Shown here: positions 48,070 through 55,102 of the stretch, piece by piece
How positions within the stretch are numbered: the stretch's first letter is position 1
Layout of the letters: every line of letters begins with the position of its first letter
From: Deltaproteobacteria bacterium
GTDB lineage: Bacteria > Desulfobacterota > BSN033 > UBA1163
Assembly (NCBI GenBank): GCA_020059605.1
Contig: JAGVBT010000069.1
Location: 11,715 to 75,714, forward strand
Length of the DNA stretch: 64,000 nt
Reading direction: 5' to 3'
Notes under the pieces: model-generated
Database searches by the model: none
Seen by the model: only the letters and a program-made list of their open reading frames with translations
Told to the model about the DNA's origin: nothing
Made by a program: the position numbers and the translations under genes

Positions 48070-49024
48070 GGAAAAAACTCTTCCACAAACCATTGTTGAT
48101 CTGCCTAAAAATATTGAGGGAATCGACGAGATCGAATACCTGGTGATCGATGATGGAAGTACAGACCATACTGCTCAAGTAGCGGAAGAACTGGGGGTCC
48201 ATCATATTATACGCTTGGGAACTCATCGAGGTCTCGCTACTGCCTTTAAGAAGGGAATCGAGTCCGCCCTCGAGCGTGGCGCTGATATTGTAGTCAACAC
48301 GGATGGAGACAACCAGTATCGAGGGGAGGATATATCTCTTCTCGTCTCTCCCATACTTAAAGGGAAAGCTGACATGGTCGTGGGATCGAGACCCATCGTG
48401 GATCATCCTGAGTTCAGCCCTGTAAAAAAAACGTTGCAGCGACTCGGAAGCATTATACTGAGACAGCTTTCTAAAACTCGTGTCAGAGATGCCGGGTCAG
48501 GTTTTCGGGCGTTCTCGCGAGAAACGTGCCTGCGATTTTTCATTCATTCTCAGTTCTCTTACTGCCTGGAAACACTTATCCAAGCGGGAAACTCCTCTAT
48601 TCGCGTAACTTCAGCCGATATCCGCGTTAACCCAAAAACAAGGGAATCAAGGCTCTTTCAGAACGTTTTTCAGTATGTCTGGAAGTCAGGAACAACCATG
48701 CTTTCCATGTTCGTGTTGTATCGGCCCGGCAGGTTCTTTCTTGCGATTGCTTCTCCTTTCATTTTGTTTTCACTTATTTTAGGTGTCAGGTTTATCTACT
48801 GGATATATCTCTCTAATGTCGTTGATCCGGGAAGAACCTATTTGCCATCATTAATCCTGATGTCCGTCTGCATGATCATCGGCGTCGTTCTGTTGGCGCT
48901 CGGCATTATCGGAGAATTGCTGAAAGCACAACGCAAAATATCTGAAGAGAACTTATATCACATGCGAATGAAAAGAAATTTTAAAGAAGAACAAAAGAAA
49001 AGTATTCGCCCCGAAGGCCGATGA
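48035..49024 (+). CDS. GT2 polyprenyl-phosphate sugar synthase (GtrB/DPM1-like) with C-terminal TM helices
   Basis: MKLVIQIPCYNEEKTLPQTI...YLVIDDGSTDHT...VNTDGDNQY, plus two C-terminal TM segments. Start at Met15 of the listed ORF; ATG 48005 is also possible. Confidence 0.85.
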   Translation: MKLVIQIPCYNEEKTLPQTIVDLPKNIEGIDEIEYLVIDDGSTDHTAQVAEELGVHHIIRLGTHRGLATAFKKGIESALERGADIVVNTDGDNQYRGEDISLLVSPILKGKADMVVGSRPIVDHPEFSPVKKTLQRLGSIILRQLSKTRVRDAGSGFRAFSRETCLRFFIHSQFSYCLETLIQAGNSSIRVTSADIRVNPKTRESRLFQNVFQYVWKSGTTMLSMFVLYRPGRFFLAIASPFILFSLILGVRFIYWIYLSNVVDPGRTYLPSLILMSVCMIIGVVLLALGIIGELLKAQRKISEENLYHMRMKRNFKEEQKKSIRPEGR

Positions 49025-49395
49025 GAATGAGTGGTTTGGTATCCTTTCTTGGCGCAGGCATCCCTGGGTTCCTAATCGCCCTACCGCTCAACATGTTCCT
49101 GGTTGAGACGATTCGTCTTGGAATAGAAATCTCTTATCTATTCGTTTTGTTCATTCAGGTCTCAATTAATTTTTGTATGGTCAGAACCTTCCTTTTCGAT
49201 ATAAAAGACCGTTCCAACATTCTGCCACAATATATCCAATTCTTGCTGGGAATGTTCCTATTTCGTTTTTTTGATTGGTTAATATATATCTTTTTGGTAA
49301 AGGCGACAAACGTGCATTACCTCCTGGTCCAGGCTGGAAACATCATTCTTTTCTCTTTTTTAAAGTATAAATTCACGAAAAAAGTAATGGAATAA
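49021..49395 (+). CDS. GtrA-family small membrane protein
   Basis: 124 aa and 4 TM segments. Overlaps the stop of the GtrB-like gene, the classic gtrA/gtrB-type pairing. Confidence 0.7.
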   Translation: MRMSGLVSFLGAGIPGFLIALPLNMFLVETIRLGIEISYLFVLFIQVSINFCMVRTFLFDIKDRSNILPQYIQFLLGMFLFRFFDWLIYIFLVKATNVHYLLVQAGNIILFSFLKYKFTKKVME

Positions 49396-49690
49396 CAGCA
49401 GGTTGTACGCTTTTAATCTTCTTTTCCAGTATCGTCGACTTATCAACTAATCAGGGCAACCCCTGTAAGGATAGCCCAAGGAACTCGAAAAAAAACGCTT
49501 GACTTTTATAATTTTAAGGGAAAAAATGTAGTAATAAAACAGGGGGGCGAAATGGTTGTCTGAATGGGGGTGATTATTTACCCAGATCCATAGAAAGGAG
49601 GCGTGAGAGAGAGAAAGAAAAGGTAATTTGAAGGTGTGATTTTAGTCAAATCTGAGTCCTTTTGGAGAAAATGAAAGGAGGGTATAGTTT

Positions 49691-51604
49691 ATGTGTAAAA
49701 AACCGTTATGGTGTATGTGGTTGGTATTAATTGGCTTGGTATTTTGGGCATCTTCAGGGGTTTATGGCCAGGAAGGCGGGGAAGTGGGATTATTTTCCTC
49801 TGATGCCTGGATGGAAAATTATACGCTTGTCATCACCGATGCCAAAACGATTGAAGAGGCCTATCAGGCGGCTGAAAGGATTGAAAGAGAGGGTGGGCAC
49901 ATCGGTGTGATTCTTCCTTACCAGGTGATGCTGGGGTGGGTTCCCAAGGAGAAGGTGAAGAGCCTGGTGGGTCGATCGAAGATACGGGGCATCTACCAAA
50001 AGCCTCTTTCTGAGTTAGAAATTAGAAAGTTAGCCCGGTCCTTTTCAAGGCCGTCGATTAATAATTCATTGATGGCGGCTTCAACGGTAGATATGCAAGT
50101 GGAGGAGTCACAGGAGAATGCGATTCGGTTCTTCAATAAGGTTGCCCGCGGAGATTACCAATTGAAGAAGGCTCACCAAAAAGCTCAGCGGGAGGCATCG
50201 GGGGCTGAACCCAGTATGGGGCCGGGTCCTGGCGAACGGTTTGCACCTCCCATCAACTACAGGGACTATATGTACAATTTGATCGCCAACGGGATCACCC
50301 AGGAGGATCTCAATAAGGCGGGGATCTATCTGAGGGAGTCGTCGAGCGGAGACCTTGAGCTTAGCCCGGGAAACAGCGATTATATGGTGGGAAAGGTTCT
50401 ATTTACCGCCATCTTTGTCGAGAGCAACGGGGGCATAGATCCGAACACCTACACATGGACGGCTGCAGACAGGACCACCATTCAGAATGAGATCACGGCT
50501 GGCTTGTCGTGGTGGGCCAACACAGCCTTCAATTTTAATACCTATCGAACCCCGCTGACTTTTGTTATTTCGTTTAGATCTGGCGCTAGTACTTTGACAA
50601 GTTATGAACCGATTACCCGTCCATCAAGCGATGATGGCCTCTGGATCAGTCAGATTATGGCCAATATGGGATATGGCACCGGCGATAAGTTTGCAAGGAC
50701 CACGGCCTTTAATACCGCCATGAGGACGTCGTGGAATACGAACTGGGCGACTGTTTCCTTCATCGGGTATAACCCATCCCCGGCCCCTAGCTCATGGACG
50801 GATGGTGGGTCTGCCTATGCTTATATCGGTGGCCCATACTCTCAGCTCTTATTCAGGAACGGTGGTTGGCCTGTTACAGATTATGATCGTGTCAATGCCC
50901 ATGAAACCGGGCATCTCTTCGGAGCCCGGGATCAGTATGCTGGCTCTGGCTGTAATAACTGCACGACTGAGGTGCGGAATGGGGTTTGGAATGGCAATTG
51001 TGTGAATTGCAATGCCAACTCTATTGATTCTATGATGAAACATAATTCCTGGGCGCTCGATGGGTACCTCCCCGGGCAGCTCGGGTGGCGCGGTGTCCAG
51101 TACCTGGATGTGGCAACCTACAGGGTGGATAACGGTAACTTCAAGAATTTCTTTGCACCGGGCGAAACCATTCAGTATAAGATCTATTACTGTTTAGCTG
51201 GCCCGAGGGTTGGCACCACTACACATACCGCTCGTTTGAGGTTCCGTGCTGAGTTTTACGGCGGTAGTCCCAACAGTTCAACAACTGTGGCCGATGATAC
51301 GGGGTGGAGCACATGGACAGGTCCACAACCTCCCACTTCCACAGGACTAAGCTGCTATTGGACCTGGTGGAACAGAACTGTTCCCGCAGCAGCCGTCAAT
51401 GGACCGGCCACCGTGAGTGTTCAGTTAGAGATTACCCAGATGGGGAAAGGTGCAGCCAATGGGTTTGCAAAGTTTCATGTCTCGGCAGGGGCGGATACCA
51501 CAGAGCCTTCTGCCGAACCTTCCTTCATCAATTGGTTTGAGCCTTTGGTAACTTTGGATGAAGGCCCATTCATGGAGCCCGCACCGTTGCCGTGGGAAAG
51601 ATAA
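49691..51604 (+). CDS. Secreted zinc-metalloprotease-like protein (HExxHxxGxxD motif)
   Basis: Signal peptide MCKKPLWCMWLVLIGLVFWASSGVYG. NAHETGHLFGARDQY at nt 50900-50929. A Cys-rich stretch GSGCNNCTTEVRNGVWNGNCVNCN follows. Strong AAAGGAGGG RBS. Confidence 0.6.
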   Translation: MCKKPLWCMWLVLIGLVFWASSGVYGQEGGEVGLFSSDAWMENYTLVITDAKTIEEAYQAAERIEREGGHIGVILPYQVMLGWVPKEKVKSLVGRSKIRGIYQKPLSELEIRKLARSFSRPSINNSLMAASTVDMQVEESQENAIRFFNKVARGDYQLKKAHQKAQREASGAEPSMGPGPGERFAPPINYRDYMYNLIANGITQEDLNKAGIYLRESSSGDLELSPGNSDYMVGKVLFTAIFVESNGGIDPNTYTWTAADRTTIQNEITAGLSWWANTAFNFNTYRTPLTFVISFRSGASTLTSYEPITRPSSDDGLWISQIMANMGYGTGDKFARTTAFNTAMRTSWNTNWATVSFIGYNPSPAPSSWTDGGSAYAYIGGPYSQLLFRNGGWPVTDYDRVNAHETGHLFGARDQYAGSGCNNCTTEVRNGVWNGNCVNCNANSIDSMMKHNSWALDGYLPGQLGWRGVQYLDVATYRVDNGNFKNFFAPGETIQYKIYYCLAGPRVGTTTHTARLRFRAEFYGGSPNSSTTVADDTGWSTWTGPQPPTSTGLSCYWTWWNRTVPAAAVNGPATVSVQLEITQMGKGAANGFAKFHVSAGADTTEPSAEPSFINWFEPLVTLDEGPFMEPAPLPWER

Positions 51605-51621
51605 AATGAAAGGATGGGATA

Positions 51622-51648
51622 GGGGGGGGATGTTCCTCCCCCCCCCCC
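51622..51648 (+). other. G8-N8-C11 homopolymer hairpin between the metalloprotease stop and the next start codon
   Basis: GGGGGGGGatgttcctCCCCCCCCCCC ends 4 nt before ATG 51653. No U-tract follows. Confidence 0.5.
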
Positions 51649-51652
51649 GTAC

Positions 51653-52129
51653 ATGAAAACGATTTTTCTCCTGATCATATTGGCAACCTGCCTTCCCACA
51701 GTAGCCCTGTCGGTTACTCCTCTCTATTACCATACCTTCGCAATCGCCAAGATAGAGGCTTGTGTGGAGGAGATCCTGTCCGTTGGAATTCCGACCCTGA
51801 AGACGGAAGAGTGGATGCTTAAAAAATCACGGGAAGAAAGCACCTATATCAGAGAGGTGCAGAAAATTTCGTTAAAAGTTCTACGGGTGATTGAATTTGA
51901 AAAGAGAGATCCCGGGGTTTCTTCTCTCACCCAGGGAACAACCATCATCGTCACGAACCTTTTTATGGACCAGAAGCCGCCTTTTAAGGCGGGAGATAGG
52001 ATTGAGGTTAGGGTGAGGTTAGTTCTTCCTGAGCAGGAATACAACCCGGGGGATCAAAGAGCACAGTGGTGGTTCTTTCCGAAAGGGGAAAAAGAAGACA
52101 TTTCCCCCCCCCGCCGCCCTTTCCTCTGA
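51653..52129 (+). CDS. Small secreted hypothetical protein
   Basis: 158 aa. Signal-peptide-like MKTIFLLIILATCLPTVALS. No family recognised. A C9 tract lies at 52104-52112 near the 3' end. Confidence 0.45.
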   Translation: MKTIFLLIILATCLPTVALSVTPLYYHTFAIAKIEACVEEILSVGIPTLKTEEWMLKKSREESTYIREVQKISLKVLRVIEFEKRDPGVSSLTQGTTIIVTNLFMDQKPPFKAGDRIEVRVRLVLPEQEYNPGDQRAQWWFFPKGEKEDISPPRRPFL

Positions 52130-52194
52130 TAAAAAGGAGGCGTTGGTTATAAAATAACTTGTCAATAGGGCAAGGCCTTTAAAAATAGCTTTTT

Positions 52195-52241
52195 ATGCAG
52201 AATGGGGACGTTGGTTCTAAAACAACTTGCTATTTATCCTC
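52195..52241. repeat. 47-nt direct repeat, copy B1 (a degenerate extra copy lies at 52137-52168)
   Basis: ATGCAGAATGGGGACGTTGGTTCTAAAACAACTTGCTATTTATCCTC has about 4 mismatches against 53021-53067. Confidence 0.8.
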
Positions 52242-52375
52242 ATGCAACAGAGGAAAATTCCCTCATGGAGAGGGACAACTTTTCCTTTACAAAGTGAACC
52301 TCCCCGGCCATCCCGTCAAGACGGGACAGGCACGCCCGGGAAATAGAGGTCCTCCGTTTTCCAGAGCAGATTTTT

Positions 52376-52768
52376 TCAATTCCACTCAAAAAATTCTTCT
52401 CTTTCGGCATGAGCATGCCATAATTGCAAACCAGTGCGTTTCAACCCTATGACTTTGCCCATCCTCTTTGCCTTTGTATTGAACCTCTCATGCTTGAGGA
52501 TTCGCTTGATAAAGCTTGCGACTTCATATTGCCCAACATCCAGAACGACCAAGCAGTAATTTATGTGGCAAAGCTGCCGTTTATAAAAACCCAAGTCACG
52601 GGTGAAGAATATTGCCTGGCGAAGCGTATGCAAAAAGGGGATAATCTCCTCGTCTTTCATCCCCTGCCGGCCAATTTCATGGCCGATTTGCTGTGATCGT
52701 ATCTTCCAGGAACGTAAGAGCTGTCTTTGGCTCTCCGGAATATTTTCATCCAGAATATTCATGATCAA
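52376..52768 (-). CDS. DUF5615/Mut7-C PIN-like toxin (second copy of this TA type)
   Basis: NILDENIPESQRQLLRSWKIRSQQIG...MKDEEIIPFLHTLRQAIFFTRDLGF. ATGA-type overlap with the DUF433 gene. Confidence 0.65.
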   Translation of the reverse strand: MIMNILDENIPESQRQLLRSWKIRSQQIGHEIGRQGMKDEEIIPFLHTLRQAIFFTRDLGFYKRQLCHINYCLVVLDVGQYEVASFIKRILKHERFNTKAKRMGKVIGLKRTGLQLWHAHAEREEFFEWN

Positions 52769-53010
52769 GCCACTGCAAATTCAGGTGCATGAGAAACAAA
52801 CGCTTGACTCGCCAATTTCACTGCCTCAGCAATCGCCTCTTTGGATATTACACCACGCCACTCTTCAACGATTGATTCCCATGCCATATCGTTCGCTACC
52901 TGGTCAAGGACATCCGCCACCAATATGCGGGTTCCTCTGAAAACCGGTTGTCCGTGGCATATCTTGGGATCTGTCACAATATACCTTCCGATTATTTTTT
53001 TAGCCATCAT
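52765..53010 (-). CDS. DUF433 antitoxin-like protein (second copy)
   Basis: TDPKICHGQPVFRGTRILVADVLDQVANDMAWESIVEEWRGVISKEAIAEAV. Confidence 0.8.
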   Translation of the reverse strand: MMAKKIIGRYIVTDPKICHGQPVFRGTRILVADVLDQVANDMAWESIVEEWRGVISKEAIAEAVKLASQAFVSHAPEFAVA

Positions 53011-53020
53011 ATCACCTCTA

Positions 53021-53067
53021 ATGCAAGATGGGGACGTTGGTTCTAAAACAACTTTCTATTTATCTTC
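53021..53067. repeat. 47-nt direct repeat, copy B2 (leader of the second DUF433/PIN cassette)
   Basis: See 52195-52241. The two copies are 826 nt apart and bracket the TA pair. Confidence 0.8.
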
Positions 53068-53089
53068 AAGAGAAAGGAAATAAACTTCC

Positions 53090-53560
53090 TCATTGCGAGG
53101 GCCCCCTTTTCCTTAAAAAAGTCAAGAACTCCTCTATCTCTTTAGCGAATTTCTCTGCCACCCGGCCGAATTTATCTGAAAGATAATTAATCCGGTCCCC
53201 TTTTAGTTCAAACCCATAAATATTTCTGAAGAGGCGCCGGAAAGCTAAAAATTCATCCAGGTCTGCCGCAAGCTCGTCTGAAATCACCCTCGGTCTTATC
53301 CCTTCCATTGGAATGGTCATTCTGTAGAGAAGGCTCTTATGCCACTTTTCAGAATCTTCGTATCCGCTATTCAACTCAATAGCGATTTTTTTAAAAATCC
53401 TTTCGCAACCGTTATAGAAATCATGGAAAATGGACCCCTTTGATCTCTTGAAGATGAGTCCCTCTTCTGACTTTATTTGATCAAGCTCGATCCTGAGTTC
53501 CTGGAGGTTTTGAAGTTCCTTGCTGATCTCAGCAATCATTCCAATCAGCATCTCGTTCAT
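53090..53560 (-). CDS. Orphan HEPN-superfamily-like helical protein with degenerate Rx4H motif
   Basis: SIFHDFYNGCERIFKKIAIEL...WHKSLLYRM...RPRVISDELAADLDEFLAFRRLFRNIYGFEL resembles HepT-like/NTase-substrate-binding proteins. The usual FRHxxRHxY block reads FRRLFRNIY here. No adjacent MNT gene. Confidence 0.4.
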   Translation of the reverse strand: MNEMLIGMIAEISKELQNLQELRIELDQIKSEEGLIFKRSKGSIFHDFYNGCERIFKKIAIELNSGYEDSEKWHKSLLYRMTIPMEGIRPRVISDELAADLDEFLAFRRLFRNIYGFELKGDRINYLSDKFGRVAEKFAKEIEEFLTFLRKRGPSQ

Positions 53561-53670
53561 CAAAGGATCCTTCCCCCCCGTTCCACGCTGGCCTTGCCCT
53601 CCGCCATGTCGAAACGGGCATGCCTTAAGTCACTTTCCGCTTGATCCATCCAATCGGCGCTACGCTCCAT
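53560..53670 (-). pseudogene. 36-codon ORF resembling the N-terminal helix of HEPN-domain proteins (remnant or coupled upstream ORF)
   Basis: MERSADWMDQAESDLRHARFDMAEGKASVERGGRIL. AAGAGG RBS. It ends in a TGATG overlap with ATG 53560, and a G7 run sits just before the stop. Too short to appear in the ORF track. Confidence 0.3.
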
Positions 53671-53723
53671 GTTACCTCTTGGTTCCCGAGTTTATCCGAT
53701 CGGCTTACTGCTTTTTTGTATAA

Positions 53724-53935
53724 TACCCCAATTGAGCCAAAAAATAGTTCCTCCCCCCACGGTGGGGGAGGATTCAGGTGGGGGGGAAGGTCCAAGAGGT
53801 CCACCCCCATCCCTCCCTTCCCCCATCATAAGGGGGAAGGAGATGAGATAAGAAACAGCCAGTTGAATATATAAAACCATTATTGAACAACATCGCCACA
53901 TGAAATTGTAATATTCTTTTCGCTCAATTGGGGTA
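53724..53935. repeat. MITE-like or structured-RNA element: 14-bp perfect terminal inverted repeat enclosing G/C-run hairpins
   Basis: TACCCCAATTGAGC (53724-53737) pairs with GCTCAATTGGGGTA (53922-53935). Inside are CCTCCCCC/GGGGGAGG (53750-53771) and CCTTCCCCC-atcataa-GGGGGAAGG (53816-53840), plus a second GGGGGAAGG at 53782-53790. Confidence 0.45.
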
Positions 53936-54129
53936 ATACTCAAAAAAAGCCATTAAAACAATAGGTTCCGTTGATCAAAGGAGGATTAAAAGGGATTATA
54001 TATTTCAGGATTTTGTTTGTCAAATGATTTCATCAGGAAAGCGCAGCAATTCCGCGGAATGGGGGTGGTTGTGATAAGGGAAAGGCAAGGAATCCCATGT
54101 AACAGAAAGGGGACCATTTGTGATTTGTT

Positions 54130-54387
54130 TTACCCTACCTTTTCTTTTAACCACTCGTCAATCAATCGCTCTTCTGTTTTCTGCATTTTTTTGGCTTTTT
54201 GTCTGATTTTTCTATAGAGGGCTATGTCCAAAGGAATATACTTCTTTTTCTTAAGCATAAATCGCACATCCTTCACTTCTCGAACATCCTCGAACTGAGT
54301 GAAGTCATGTTCATCCCAAAAGTCAGAAGCTTCGTATATTGACATGTCCCCTATCTTTCTACTTCTTTTCATACTTTTTCCTTTCAT
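54130..54387 (-). CDS. brnA: BrnA-type (CopG-like) antitoxin
   Basis: ...IYEASDFWDEHDFTQFEDVREV...IPLDIALYRKIRQKAKKMQKTEERLIDEWLKE. Overlaps the brnT stop. The exact start is uncertain. Confidence 0.7.
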   Translation of the reverse strand: MKGKSMKRSRKIGDMSIYEASDFWDEHDFTQFEDVREVKDVRFMLKKKKYIPLDIALYRKIRQKAKKMQKTEERLIDEWLKEKVG

Positions 54388-54649
54388 TTTTATTCATATC
54401 CCGGGCTGTAACAATTAAAGCTTTTTTATTCAGTTTCCGAATAAAAAATATCGACAAATATCTACCGCCTTTGGTTCTACCCAGTGCATTATAGAGATGC
54501 TCTCCCTCCACGTTTCCAGATTCTTTCTTAAATATCTTGCAATGCTCTGTGAGCACCTCTTCTACTTCGCTCGTTGATACTCGATGTTTCCAGGAAAGTT
54601 TTTCAATAATCGCATCCAACCATATTATATCATCTATGATAAACATCAT
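54359..54649 (-). CDS. brnT: BrnT (DUF497) ribonuclease toxin
   Basis: IIWLDAIIEKLSWKHRVSTSEVEEVL...HLYNALGRTKGGRYLSIFFIRKLNKKALIVTARDMNKNERKKY. Confidence 0.8.
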   Translation of the reverse strand: MMFIIDDIIWLDAIIEKLSWKHRVSTSEVEEVLTEHCKIFKKESGNVEGEHLYNALGRTKGGRYLSIFFIRKLNKKALIVTARDMNKNERKKYEKK

Positions 54650-54843
54650 CCATCCTTTTCATTTCAGCGTCATGACGGTCACTTTCATAAAGATTGAAAA
54701 ATAAATTGGAGTGTGGGCCCTCGCGTCTGCGCACCGACCTTCCTACGCTCGCTGAAGGGATCTCCGAGAAGGCAAGAGTGCTTCGCCTGCCTGGGCGAAG
54801 CCGCTTCGGCGAAGGCAGGGCACACAGGTGTGGCCAAAAAATA

Positions 54844-54875
54844 ACGGGCATAAAGCCCTACACTACAGGTCATAT
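54844..54875. repeat. 32-nt motif ACGGRCATAAAGCCCTACACTACARGTCATAT, copy 2 of 2
   Basis: See 4722-4753. It is preceded by a nested GC hairpin (CCTGCC...GAAGCcGCTTC...GGCAGG, about 54786-54822). Confidence 0.7.
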
Positions 54876-55102
54876 TTTTCGTTTTTTCAAAGAGCTAAAG
54901 TGTTACCATTGCTGGATACGTAGCTTCAAGGACTCCCCATCTCTGTAGGTTAACCGAGAATATTTCTGCGGTTCCAGGTCTGGTTCTGAACAACTTGCCA
55001 ATTTTCTCAACGCTTCTTTCATTTAAACATCCTGCATCTTTTTATAACCATTATCCAGTCTTGTCAAATGGTTACTGGCTTCCATTCCGGTTCAGTCGGG
55101 TT

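Noticed and set aside
52104-52112. C9 tract inside the small secreted protein gene as a phase-variation switch.
   Set aside because: It lies only 6 codons from the stop, so a frameshift would change only the extreme C-terminus. Comparable G/C runs occur in ordinary genes elsewhere in the window.
53625-53943. ORFs 53625-53810, 53641-53874, 53669-53851 and 53692-53943 within the G/C-run region.
   Set aside because: They are mutually overlapping Pro/Gly-rich frames produced by the homopolymer hairpins of the MITE-like element, with no start context.
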